Source: Alphaproteobacteria bacterium
GTDB taxonomy: Bacteria; Pseudomonadota; Alphaproteobacteria; Rickettsiales; SXRF01
Reading direction: 5' to 3'
Assembly (NCBI GenBank): GCA_020049775.1
Contig: JAGVLO010000010.1
Coordinates: 5,910 to 69,909 of the forward strand
Length of the DNA stretch: 64,000 bases
Made by a program: the position numbers and the translations under genes
The notes under the pieces: model-generated
The model's database searches: none
Told to the model about the DNA's origin: nothing
Seen by the model: the letters and a program-made list of their open reading frames with translations, nothing else
Part shown: positions 8,670 through 17,957 of the stretch, one piece after another
Layout: each line of letters starts with the position of its first letter
How positions within the stretch are numbered: position 1 is the first letter of the stretch

Positions 8670-9968
8670 CTAATCATGAAAGATAAAAGTCGGCCCTGAC
8701 TTTTTGACCACTACGCTGTTGCTGGCCTGCTGGATGCTGTCATTCACATAAATCACTTTCGGCGCAGAGGCAGGCTGTTGCGCTTGCGCTACCGTCACGG
8801 CTTCTTCAGCGCGCACGACACCACTATCTGACGGTACATTATTTGACGCCGTGTTATTTGCCACAGTGTTATTTGCCGCCGTGTTGTTTGAAGTATGCGA
8901 GTTGCTTACCGCATTGGTATTGGTAACGGTTACGTTTGCCGCAGGTGTTTTGGTTGGAATGCCTATGCTGTCATGCCTTACCTGATTGCTGCTGGTATCC
9001 GAGCCGACCACAATGATGCTGTTGTCGCGGCGCGGATTACTGGAAACCTGAATGCTGTTCATGCGCGGAGGCTGATAGGCTGCCACCTGCTTGCCACGCT
9101 GCTCAGGCAAACGTTGCGCGTTGGGAATATATACACTGGCGCTGCCCTGCGGTGATGCCTTGACATACGAACCGCTCGGCTGTTTACCGGAAACGGTGAT
9201 GCTCTTTGCGCCATACGGATGGTCGCCGTTCACAGACTTATCGCTCTGCACGGCACGTTTCATATCGTTCATCGCTGCGACAGAGCTGTTTGGCACTTCT
9301 ACCTGTGCCATGCGCAGCTTGTCGATGATGTTATACCAGCTGTTATATACATGACCTGCATATTCCGTTCCGCGTGAATGTGTGCGCGAATGATAATCGG
9401 CAGCGGCCTCTTTCCATGAATTAGTTTCCTGATACAGGCTGCGCAAGAAGCTTGCGGCATAGGCCACGTTATGTTCAGGATCAAATGCTTCATCCAGCGA
9501 TGCAAAAGCTTGCGGATGGTGCAGCAGGTTCACCTGCATGCAACCGACGTCGATGCTTTTTATACCCTGCGCGCGCAGCTTGTTCACCGAGGCGATGGCC
9601 TCCTGCTTGCTGCTGAAAAAATACCCTTTGCCGGCGGCATTAATAGTCCACGGCCACGGCACTTTGATGTTCAGGCCCTTATGGTAACGGCCCGACTCCG
9701 TCGAGGAGATGGCAGACAACAGATGCGTTGGAATTCCGTACTGGCGTTCATAGCGCGGCAGTGGACGAGTGCAGAGTTTTGCACCTTCAATCAGTGTATC
9801 CGTCACTGTTGCGGCAGAGACATCCGTTGTCACGGACGTACACAAAACAGTCGCCGACAAAAGCGCTACACTGAATTTTTTTCCAATTTTATTGCAACAA
9901 CCCACGCTCAACCTTCTCTCTGGGCAACCAAAAAACCTACCGGTTGCCTGAACGCATTCAAAAATCAT
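8670..9968 (-). CDS. Lytic transglycosylase (SLT domain) with Asn/Thr/Ser-rich C-terminal extension
   Basis: SLT catalytic block LLSAISSTESGRY...WPWTINAAGKGYFF...GCMQVN. Signal-like segment FSVALLSATVLCTSV. The true start is uncertain. Confidence 0.8.
   Translation of the reverse strand: MIFECVQATGRFFGCPERRLSVGCCNKIGKKFSVALLSATVLCTSVTTDVSAATVTDTLIEGAKLCTRPLPRYERQYGIPTHLLSAISSTESGRYHKGLNIKVPWPWTINAAGKGYFFSSKQEAIASVNKLRAQGIKSIDVGCMQVNLLHHPQAFASLDEAFDPEHNVAYAASFLRSLYQETNSWKEAAADYHSRTHSRGTEYAGHVYNSWYNIIDKLRMAQVEVPNSSVAAMNDMKRAVQSDKSVNGDHPYGAKSITVSGKQPSGSYVKASPQGSASVYIPNAQRLPEQRGKQVAAYQPPRMNSIQVSSNPRRDNSIIVVGSDTSSNQVRHDSIGIPTKTPAANVTVTNTNAVSNSHTSNNTAANNTVANNTASNNVPSDSGVVRAEEAVTVAQAQQPASAPKVIYVNDSIQQASNSVVVKKSGPTFIFHD
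8836..8895 (-). repeat. 4 x 15-nt in-frame tandem repeat inside the SLT gene (encodes NNT-x-x pentapeptides)
   Basis: Plus-strand units are acattatttgacgcc / gtgttatttgccaca / gtgttatttgccgcc / gtgttgtttgaagta. The protein reads TSNNTAANNTVANNTASNNVPS. Confidence 0.8.
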
Positions 9969-10077
9969 ACCACATTCTATAAGCCTATCTAAGCATTAAC
10001 AGGTTAAGATAGTGTTATTTGGCGGTAAAGATTCAGTTAGCACAATAAAATAAGCAAAATCAAATCATTAATAAAGG

Positions 10078-11979
10078 CTAAAAAGAGGTCTTTACACCTG
10101 CGAAAAATGAGCGTCCGGGCATGCCATAACTATAGACTTCTTCATACCGTTTATCCAACAGGTTATCCAGCCGCCCATACACGGCAAGATTGGGGTTGAT
10201 ACGGTAATTCGCGCTTAAGTCGACGGCGGCAAAAGATTTTACATCAAGATAGCTGTAAGGCGGGTTGATATCGAAATCGCGGCGGTCACTGAAATAGCGC
10301 ACATTCATGCCTGCATCCATATCGCTGTTGAAGTAATACACCACACCACTGTTAAACTGGTGCTTTGGCCTGCGCAACAAATCACGGTCATTCACGCGGT
10401 CTTCCGCCAGCGTGTATACGTGGCTGGCATTAAATTCCCAATCCCCCATGGGGCGATAGGAAACAGTACTCTCTACCCCTTCGGTGCGCGCCTTGCCGAT
10501 ATTGATACCCACGAACGGCGGCGTTGTCGAAAAACTTACAAGCTGGCGGATGTAGTTGCGAAATATCGTCGAACCAAATGTCAGTTTGCTATCCATCAGA
10601 CTTTGTTCAAATCCGGCATCCCAGCCGCGGCTGGTTTCCGGCTGCAAGGCAGGATTACCGGAAGACGGATCATAAAGCTGCGACAACGACGGCGCTTTAA
10701 AGCCCGTGCCATAGCTCACCTTAAGCCGCGTATTGGTGGATTTTATCAGGTAGCCCGGCGCAACTTTCCACGTAAATTGCTGTCCGAATGTCTGGTGGTT
10801 ATCGGCGCGCGCACCTGTGTGCATGAAAAAATGATCGCCGAGATTGAACTGGTAATCAGCGAAGTAAGCCTGATTGCTTACGTCATTGGCGCGTAGCGTG
10901 TTGGTCTTGAAATGCTCTTTCCATGCTTCGGTGCCAAGCGTAATCAAATGCCCTTCTTGTGGCCGGATACGGTGTACCCAGTCAATCGTTTCGCGACGGC
11001 CAAGGAATTGCTGACGGCCAAAAAACGGGGTGAAAGTGGCATCAAAATATTCCGTAATCAGGTTGCGGTTTACATTCAATTCCGAAAAGCTGAACTCCTG
11101 TACCCACTGTCCATCAAACAATGAAAGTTCACTCGCCGCGCGGCCATTAAACTGACGGCTGTCGTTGTTGGGAAATGCATCATCTGCCGGACGCGCGAAT
11201 CCGCCGAGGCTATCGAATTCCGCTTCATTGCGGTTAAGGCGCGTGTTCAGCTTAGCAGTGAAATTATCTGTCAACTGGCTGGATAGGTTTAGCGATACGG
11301 TCTGCGAGCCAATGTCATCGCGTTCATTACCGCCCCGATGTTCCGAGAGCGCAGAAATGCCGCTGCTGAAATTCTCACTCACCGAAATACTATACGCTGT
11401 TTTACCAACTTCTCCCGAGTTGCTTGCGCCCAGCTTGCGGCTGTTATACGTGCCATATTCGGCAAACGCTGTAGAGCGCGGCTTGCCAGCGCCCTTTTTG
11501 GTAATGATGTTAATGACGCCACCAAGCGCCTGCGAACCATACAGGGTGCTTTGCGGGCCGCGCAGCACTTCAATCTGCTCTATGTTATCTGTGTTGATAT
11601 TAGCGAAATCAAATGCGTTACCAGGATCAGACGGATCATTAAGCGCTACGCCGTCCATCATCACCAGCACGTGGTTGGAATTCGTACCGCGCATAAAGAC
11701 GCGTGCCGTCTGGCCTGCCGCGCCGTTGCTGGCTACAATGACGCCCGGCACCTGGCGCAATAAATCTGTAACATCAGATCGGTTCTGCTGTTCAATATCT
11801 TCGCGCGTAATCACCGTTATGCTGCTGGCCACTTGCGACAATGGCACAGGCGAGCGCGTGGCGGTGACGACAATCTGCGGCAATGTTTTGCTGTCATCTG
11901 CAAACGCGATGGAAAGGGACAAGGCAACAGAAATGCTGCCTGCGAAAAGTGAAAAAAACAGGGATGGTTTGAAAGTCAT
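10078..11979 (-). CDS. btuB: TonB-dependent outer-membrane receptor, probably the cobalamin/corrinoid transporter
   Basis: Signal peptide, TonB box LPQIVVTATR, plug domain, C-terminal beta-barrel ending ...FFAGVKTSF. A cobalamin riboswitch lies immediately upstream. Confidence 0.8.
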   Translation of the reverse strand: MTFKPSLFFSLFAGSISVALSLSIAFADDSKTLPQIVVTATRSPVPLSQVASSITVITREDIEQQNRSDVTDLLRQVPGVIVASNGAAGQTARVFMRGTNSNHVLVMMDGVALNDPSDPGNAFDFANINTDNIEQIEVLRGPQSTLYGSQALGGVINIITKKGAGKPRSTAFAEYGTYNSRKLGASNSGEVGKTAYSISVSENFSSGISALSEHRGGNERDDIGSQTVSLNLSSQLTDNFTAKLNTRLNRNEAEFDSLGGFARPADDAFPNNDSRQFNGRAASELSLFDGQWVQEFSFSELNVNRNLITEYFDATFTPFFGRQQFLGRRETIDWVHRIRPQEGHLITLGTEAWKEHFKTNTLRANDVSNQAYFADYQFNLGDHFFMHTGARADNHQTFGQQFTWKVAPGYLIKSTNTRLKVSYGTGFKAPSLSQLYDPSSGNPALQPETSRGWDAGFEQSLMDSKLTFGSTIFRNYIRQLVSFSTTPPFVGINIGKARTEGVESTVSYRPMGDWEFNASHVYTLAEDRVNDRDLLRRPKHQFNSGVVYYFNSDMDAGMNVRYFSDRRDFDINPPYSYLDVKSFAAVDLSANYRINPNLAVYGRLDNLLDKRYEEVYSYGMPGRSFFAGVKTSF

Positions 11980-12039
11980 GTTAAGGCTCCTTACGTAATG
12001 AATGTGGCAAACTGCGGATGTGAAACTTCACATTCTGCA

Positions 12040-12300
12040 ATGCCACCACGTAAGAAGAACCGCCTGCCTGCATGATTGCAGGCAAAAAGAACCAGTATCA
12101 GGAATATGCCCGTTCCAAACACTTGCGTGACACATAAGCGGCAGGTCTCCTGGCTCGCGGGTCAATGTCTGAAGCCGCCTTCCCGGTTTCCCAGTGGCAT
12201 GTGTGGCTACAGACTCGTCGCTTACAGTTGCGGGTACAGCCGGGGATTTAAACCCCATTCCCTTTTGATCCCTTGCGGGAACCACTCGCGCAGGAAGGTA
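12040..12300 (-). promoter_or_regulatory. Cobalamin (B12) riboswitch in the btuB-like leader
   Basis: The minus strand reads ...GGTTCCCGCAAGGGATCAAAAGGGAATGGGGTTTAAATCCCCGGCTGTACCCGCAACTGTAAGCG...GCCACTGGGAAACCGGGAAGGC...AGCCAGGAGACCTGCC. The B12 box lies at 12140-12155. The two ORF-track ORFs here (12028-12309, 12076-12306) are non-coding artefacts. Confidence 0.9.
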
Positions 12301-12324
12301 ATTTAGCAAGGCGTTGCAGGCAAG

Positions 12325-13305
12325 TTAATTCTTGGCTTTTTCCAGTTTGATTTCTTTTTGTTTTTCAACACCGGAAGGTAATTTTGCCTTGGGGTTTGCT
12401 ATCCAGCTGGAAATATCGGCCAATACCGTGTCGCCCTGAATGTCACGCAGCATCATATGATAGCTTTCCGGATAATGGACATAGCGCACTGGCGCGGAAA
12501 AACGACCCAGTGCTTGTTCAATCGGGTCTTTGGGAATCACCTGATCTTCCGCTCCATATAGCAGCATCACAGGCACTTGCACCTGTGGTACATCCCGATA
12601 TGCGGAGTCCATTAGATTAACGATGCCATAAATCGCATCCACGCGGGTCTTTTTTATTATTAGCGGATCGCGCGACATGCGCCGCAGCATGGGAATATTA
12701 TTCGACGCCAGTATTTTCAAATCGCTGCCAGTCATTTCATAGGAGGGAATAGTATGTGCTGCCAGCCACAAGGTGGCACGGTACACAGGACTCATCGTGT
12801 CCTCGCCCCACACGGCCGGAGCAACCAGTATCACGCCCTTAACTTTGGGAAATGCCGGATCGGCAAGCGCGGTAATCGCCACCGCTCCACCCATACTCTC
12901 ACCAAGAATATACACAGGAGCAGACGGATGACGCTTCGATACCGCCTTTACGAAATAGGCAAGGTCATTCACCAGATTTTCCTCACCTGCCCAAATGCCG
13001 GTGTGCGGAGCAGCGCCGAAGCCACGCTGGTCATACGCATATACCGCAATCCCGCGTTTACTGAGATGTTTTCCGGTGCTTTCGAATGCACGGCTGTAAT
13101 CATTAAAGCCATGCAGCGCTATGACAACCGCCTTTGGGTTTGCTGATGGTTTCCACACACGGTACGGCAACGCCGTTTCATCAGCGAGAAAAAATAAATC
13201 CCCGTTAAAGCGCGACTCTTCCGCCGAAACAGCGCGGTATGTCTGGCGGGTAGGTGCGCATGCAACAAGTAACGCCAGCGAAAATAAAACTATAAAACGC
13301 ATCAT
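12325..13305 (-). CDS. Alpha/beta-hydrolase lipoprotein (lysophospholipase/monoglyceride-lipase-like)
   Basis: Lipobox LLVAC, HGFNDYS oxyanion region, and nucleophile elbow GESMGG. Confidence 0.75.
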   Translation of the reverse strand: MMRFIVLFSLALLVACAPTRQTYRAVSAEESRFNGDLFFLADETALPYRVWKPSANPKAVVIALHGFNDYSRAFESTGKHLSKRGIAVYAYDQRGFGAAPHTGIWAGEENLVNDLAYFVKAVSKRHPSAPVYILGESMGGAVAITALADPAFPKVKGVILVAPAVWGEDTMSPVYRATLWLAAHTIPSYEMTGSDLKILASNNIPMLRRMSRDPLIIKKTRVDAIYGIVNLMDSAYRDVPQVQVPVMLLYGAEDQVIPKDPIEQALGRFSAPVRYVHYPESYHMMLRDIQGDTVLADISSWIANPKAKLPSGVEKQKEIKLEKAKN

Positions 13306-14000
13306 GCCTTCGCTTTCTTGAAGCCGCTGGCTATCACATACATTTCAGAGGAATCGCTACGGCTGGCTTTTGGCTTGGCATGTTTCACGACGGCAAAATC
13401 TTTTTTCATCATAGTGAGCAGCTCACGTTCGGTTCCGCCCTGAAATACCTTGGCGACAAACGTACCACCCGGGCGCAGCACTTCGCACGCAAATGGGTAA
13501 GCAGCTTCCAGCAGCGCCATAATGCGTATATGGTCAGTGGCAGAATGTCCGGTGGTGTTGGGCGCCATATCGGAAAGTACGATGTCCACACCGTCTTTGA
13601 TATGTGCATTAATTTCTGCCATGGCCACGCTCGACATAAAATCCAGCTTCATCAGCATGGCACCGGCAATAGGCTGCATCGGCAACAAATCAATGCCAAT
13701 AACAGACGGTTCTTCATCGCCTGATTTAACGCGTGATACAGCCACCTGCGTCCACCCGCCAGGCGCTGCGCCAAGGTCGAGTACTTTTTTGCCGGGCTTC
13801 AGCCAGTTGAACTTGTCGTCCATCTCAATCAGCTTGTAGGCGGCGCGTGACCGGTAGCCGTCGCGCTTGGCACTGCTTACATACGGATCATTGAGCTGGC
13901 GCTCCAGCCAGCGCGTGGAAGACGGCTTGCGTCCGCGCGAGGTTTTTACACGTTTCTTGAGTTCACGATTTCCGGAGGAATTGGATGGGGATTTTGTCAT
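13302..14000 (-). CDS. rlmE: 23S rRNA (uridine2552-2'-O)-methyltransferase RlmE/FtsJ
   Basis: WLERQLNDPYV...GYRSRAAYKLIEMDDKF...VLDLGAAPGGWTQVA. 4-nt overlap with the downstream hydrolase gene. Confidence 0.92.
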   Translation of the reverse strand: MTKSPSNSSGNRELKKRVKTSRGRKPSSTRWLERQLNDPYVSSAKRDGYRSRAAYKLIEMDDKFNWLKPGKKVLDLGAAPGGWTQVAVSRVKSGDEEPSVIGIDLLPMQPIAGAMLMKLDFMSSVAMAEINAHIKDGVDIVLSDMAPNTTGHSATDHIRIMALLEAAYPFACEVLRPGGTFVAKVFQGGTERELLTMMKKDFAVVKHAKPKASRSDSSEMYVIASGFKKAKA

Positions 14001-14017
14001 TGTGGCAGTCTGTAATA

Positions 14018-15103
14018 TCAGGGCTGTTGGTTAATCAATGAAAGTATTATGCCTTCGCGCACACCACGGTCAGCAATGGTAATTTGTCCTGCCGGCCACA
14101 TACTGCTGATGGCTTCGAATATGGCGCAGCCGGAAATAATGAAGTCGGCGCGGTCAGGACCGATGCAAGGATGGTTGAAACGCTCTGAAGGACGCATGGC
14201 CAGCAAGCGGCGGATAGTGGCGCGGATGTCGCTGATTTTAAGCGTAATGCCGTCGATGCGTGCGCGGTCATATTTCGGCAAATCAAGATGTATGGCCGCA
14301 AGCGTTGTCACCGTACCCGACGTGGAAAGCAGCTGTACCGACGAATCGCCAATGGTCTGGCTGATGCTGTTAGCCTCATCAAAAGGCCTTAGCTGTTCCG
14401 ACAGAAACCGAACCATGTCATCAAACATCATGTCGGAAAAACCGGTGCCGCCGAAACGGTCGGCCAGATTCATCACCCCATGGCCTACAGACAGCCAGTC
14501 GGTAATATGCTGGTTGTCAGCCTGCAAGTGTGCGCCATGGCGTGTGCGCTCCACATCAACCCACATCAGTTCCGTGCTGCCGCCGCCAATATCAAACACA
14601 ATTGCACGCTGTGAACTCTGCGCCAGTAATGATGAACAACCAAGAAACGCAAGCCGCGCTTCTTCCTCGCTGGAAATAATGTCGATGGCGATACCTGTTT
14701 CCGCCTGCACGCGTGCAAGAAAGTTTGCGCCGTTATTGGCGCGGCGGCAAGCTTCCGTAGCAACAAAGCGTGCGCTGGTGATTCTGTGGCGACTGAGTTT
14801 TTTCTGGCAAGCCTTGAGTGCGGCCAGCGTACGTTCCATTGCTTCTTCAGAAAGTTCACCGGACGCGCCAACACCTTCGCCCAGACGCACCACGCGTGAG
14901 AAACTATCGAACACTTTGATAGCGGGAGCATGTGCGGAAGGGGCAACATGCGCTGTCTCATCGCCAGCGACAAACGGCGCGGCAATCAGCAAGCGGCAGT
15001 TATTAGTGCCAAGATCAAGCGCGGCATATACACGCTCATCGGCACACGCACCCACATCCGTACCCGATGCGCGGGTACTCTGTGAACCATGCAGCATAGG
15101 CAA
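14018..15103 (-). CDS. Ppx/GppA-family phosphatase (short, N-terminal-domains-only form)
   Basis: ALDLGTNNCRLLIA and FDIGGGSTEL ASKHA-fold phosphate-binding motifs. 361 aa. Confidence 0.85.
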   Translation of the reverse strand: MPMLHGSQSTRASGTDVGACADERVYAALDLGTNNCRLLIAAPFVAGDETAHVAPSAHAPAIKVFDSFSRVVRLGEGVGASGELSEEAMERTLAALKACQKKLSRHRITSARFVATEACRRANNGANFLARVQAETGIAIDIISSEEEARLAFLGCSSLLAQSSQRAIVFDIGGGSTELMWVDVERTRHGAHLQADNQHITDWLSVGHGVMNLADRFGGTGFSDMMFDDMVRFLSEQLRPFDEANSISQTIGDSSVQLLSTSGTVTTLAAIHLDLPKYDRARIDGITLKISDIRATIRRLLAMRPSERFNHPCIGPDRADFIISGCAIFEAISSMWPAGQITIADRGVREGIILSLINQQP

Positions 15104-15273
15104 TCACTTTATACCTGCGACGCAGGACTCATGCGTTTTTCGCGGTGGTCACGCCTGCAAGTGTTTTTCGGTTAATCCAATAAAAACACAATATAGGACA
15201 ATGGCTTCGCGCACAAGTCTTAAGACAAGCAAATGATATATATGTATTAATAAATATTAAGGCTGTCCCCGGG

Positions 15274-16413
15274 TTACAATTTAGGCGTAAGACGGGTCGG
15301 GAACTGGTTACGGTGCGTGTAGGCATTAAGCATCAGGCCGATGGCCAGCACAGTGGATACCGTGATACTGCCGCCATAAGACATCAAGGGCAAGGGCAGC
15401 CCTACCACCGGCAACATACCCATCACCATCGCGCAGTTAATAAATATATGCACAAATATCATCGCCACCACGCCGGAAGCTATCATCGCGCCAAAGGTGC
15501 TGCGGCTGCGGAAGGCAACCAGCATGCCCAGCCATAGCAGCATTCCGTATAATATGAGCATTATCAGACCGCCAAGGAACCCGAACTCTTCCGTCAACAT
15601 GGTGAATATGAAGTCCGTATGTTTTTCCGGCAGAAAGTTCAGCTGGTTTTGTGATCCTTGCAGATAGCCCTTGCCAAACAAACCTCCAGAGCCGATGGCG
15701 ATCATTGATTGCAGGATATTATAGCCTGCACCCAGCGGGTCCTGCTGCGGGTCGAGGAACGTGATAACACGTCGCTTCTGGTAATCATGCAGAAAGTGGT
15801 ATGCCAATGGCGCGGCAAATATCACCGATGTAAAAATCGCAATGAAATAACGCCACTGCACACCGGCAAGAAAACACATGATGCCGCCTACGGAAACCAG
15901 AATAACGGTTGTGCCGAGGTTAGGCTGGCGCAGGATAAGCAGCGCAGGCACAGCCAGCATAGCAAGCGGTATGAGCAGATAAGGCAGACGCCTGATATCT
16001 TCCGGATGCAGCTGGTGAAAATAACGGGCCAGCGCAAGAATTACGGCAAGCTTCATAAACTCGGAAGGTTGCAGGTTAACACCGCCGAAGCGTAGCCAGC
16101 GCTGCGCGCCCATGCCCGTGTGGCCTATGATGTCCACCACCAGCAGGACAAAGACGCCGATGAAATAAAGTATGTAGGCATAATCAAGCAACAAGTGCAT
16201 GGGAACAAGGGCCAGCACAAGCATGATGATAAACGCAACCAGGAAACGGCTGACCTGGGAAGAAGCATAAGGATTCACATCTCCATTGCCCGCAGATACC
16301 ATCATTGCAAAGCCGATGAAGCATATCAGCGTCATCACCAGAACAATTACCCAGTTAACTTCGGCAAGCATGCCGACGAGGCTAAGGCGGTAACGGTTGC
16401 GGTACATGCTCAT
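15274..16413 (-). CDS. rodA: SEDS-family peptidoglycan glycosyltransferase (RodA/FtsW family), RodA-like
   Basis: About 10 TM segments, PSEFMKL, and a C-terminal MSYGGS motif. 379 aa. No PBP2 or dcw genes adjacent. Confidence 0.8.
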   Translation of the reverse strand: MSMYRNRYRLSLVGMLAEVNWVIVLVMTLICFIGFAMMVSAGNGDVNPYASSQVSRFLVAFIIMLVLALVPMHLLLDYAYILYFIGVFVLLVVDIIGHTGMGAQRWLRFGGVNLQPSEFMKLAVILALARYFHQLHPEDIRRLPYLLIPLAMLAVPALLILRQPNLGTTVILVSVGGIMCFLAGVQWRYFIAIFTSVIFAAPLAYHFLHDYQKRRVITFLDPQQDPLGAGYNILQSMIAIGSGGLFGKGYLQGSQNQLNFLPEKHTDFIFTMLTEEFGFLGGLIMLILYGMLLWLGMLVAFRSRSTFGAMIASGVVAMIFVHIFINCAMVMGMLPVVGLPLPLMSYGGSITVSTVLAIGLMLNAYTHRNQFPTRLTPKL

Positions 16414-16621
16414 AATTTCAACAAATCACCCACTATCAAGATATTGTCCATTATCACGGTATGACAGGCGTATTTCCTTCTATCAACTCTTATCATCAGC
16501 TGTCACAAATTAATTTAAAATTCAAACCAAATATAGGTGAAACATACATGGAAAGCGTTTTAAAAACAGCTTAACTATCAGTTAATTATCGTGGATTATT
16601 TACCCATCCTTAACAGCTGAC

Positions 16622-17290
16622 ATGTTATCCTGTAGCAATGATAAACCTATACGCAACGTTATTACTAATATGTTGGTGTATCGACACAGAATATCGCACG
16701 GCTGTTCAAAACCGTTGCGCAAGAATAAGAGTCACCGCAAAAATATAAGCAGCGACCAGACTGGTATTGCTGCTCTCGAATTTGCACTTATCGCACCAGT
16801 ATTTTTTATCATGATGATGGGGATTATCGAATTCTCCCTCATCATGTTTACACTCGCCACCATGGAAAGCGCCACCAACATCACGTCACGCCTCGGCAAG
16901 ACAGGTTACACAGCCGTGGGTAGCACGCGTGAAGAACAAATTATAGAAAGTGTTAAAGACAAGACCGCTGGCCTGCTCGATCCCAATCTGATAGAAATCG
17001 ACAGCAAGTCTTACTCTAACTTTAACAACATAGGACAGCCTGAACCCTGCATCAGCCCGCCGGCCACGCCCTGCCCCGGCACTCCCGGTGTGCATTTTTC
17101 CGATGTCAACGGCAACGGAACATGGGATGCCGATATGGGTAAAGCGGGTCTGGGCGGTGCAGGCGACGTGGTAGTATATACCGTCAGCTATCCATGGACC
17201 ATACAGACACCTTTTGTTAACCAAGTTATAGGCAGTATCTTTGACGTCACCGTGCGTACGGTCGTGCGCAACGAGCCTTTTGATAACTGA
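16622..17290 (+). CDS. TadE-like Flp-pilus minor pseudopilin
   Basis: TGIAALEFALIAPVFFIMMMGIIEF is the TadE N-terminal motif. The true start may be internal (for example ATG at 16670). Confidence 0.75.
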   Translation: MLSCSNDKPIRNVITNMLVYRHRISHGCSKPLRKNKSHRKNISSDQTGIAALEFALIAPVFFIMMMGIIEFSLIMFTLATMESATNITSRLGKTGYTAVGSTREEQIIESVKDKTAGLLDPNLIEIDSKSYSNFNNIGQPEPCISPPATPCPGTPGVHFSDVNGNGTWDADMGKAGLGGAGDVVVYTVSYPWTIQTPFVNQVIGSIFDVTVRTVVRNEPFDN

Positions 17291-17309
17291 TGTAAAGAAT
17301 GGCCAAACT

Positions 17310-17957
17310 ATGATGAATGCAATGCAACATACAATGAGAAAATTCCTGCGCGACCGTGGTGGTAACGCGGCGGTAGAGCTTGCATTATGCGTACCCTTTC
17401 TGGCCATGTTGTTGCTGGGTGGCGTAGAGCTGACGCGCTATATACTGATTACGCAAAAGCTGGAAAAAGTCGCCGTTACGCTGTCCGACGTCGCCACGCA
17501 GTCTGAAAGCATAAGCTCAACAGAACTCAATACGATTGTACAGGCTGCCGGTCAGGTCATGCAACCTTACAGCTTTAGCGCAAACGGCTATGTAATTATC
17601 TCTTCCGTATCCAAAACAGGCACTAACCCGCCACGCGTGAACTGGCAATATACCAGCTCTGGCAGCAGTGGCAGCTGGACCAATGCCAGCCGCGTAGGAA
17701 CGCCTGGCGCCAATGCGACTATGCCAAGTGGTTTTATCATGAACGATTTGGAAAATGTTATTGTCAGTGAAGTGTTCTATAATTTTCAGCCGATGTTCGG
17801 CACCAATATTATCCCGGGAGGAAATGTAACCGTGTACAAAACGGGTTTCTTCCGGCCACGCCTTGGCAGCTTAACCACACTTAGTATGCTGGAACTGCCA
17901 ACACCATGGAACTGGCTGGGCGGCCAGCCATGGGCCTATAAAGGAGGCATTTTATGA
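17310..17957 (+). CDS. TadE/TadF-like Flp-pilus minor pseudopilin
   Basis: RGGNAAVELALCVPFLAMLLLGGVELTRY. ATG at 17310 lies just after the upstream stop (17288-17290); the ORF-track start at 17241 overlaps the upstream gene. Confidence 0.75.
   Translation: MMNAMQHTMRKFLRDRGGNAAVELALCVPFLAMLLLGGVELTRYILITQKLEKVAVTLSDVATQSESISSTELNTIVQAAGQVMQPYSFSANGYVIISSVSKTGTNPPRVNWQYTSSGSSGSWTNASRVGTPGANATMPSGFIMNDLENVIVSEVFYNFQPMFGTNIIPGGNVTVYKTGFFRPRLGSLTTLSMLELPTPWNWLGGQPWAYKGGIL

Noticed and set aside
11165-11998. 277-aa plus-strand ORF antisense to the TonB-dependent receptor
   Set aside because: Shadow ORF with Ser/Leu/Arg/Pro-rich composition. The opposite strand carries the TonB box, plug and barrel motifs.
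12028-12309. Two ORFs of 93 and 76 aa between the TonB receptor and the hydrolase
   Set aside because: The region is a cobalamin riboswitch with conserved aptamer elements and a B12 box, so these are not coding.
15114-15126. Short palindrome cctgcg-a-cgcagg just upstream of the ppx/gppA start, and a ttaata-aa-tattaa motif near 15245
   Set aside because: The arms are only 6 nt, which is expected by chance in 64 kb. There is no supporting context.
14049-15236. 395-aa plus-strand ORF antisense to the Ppx/GppA gene
   Set aside because: It has Ser/Arg/Ala/Pro-rich shadow-ORF composition, lies fully antisense to a gene with clear family motifs, and shows no motif of its own. This is typical frame -1 openness opposite a moderately GC-rich gene.
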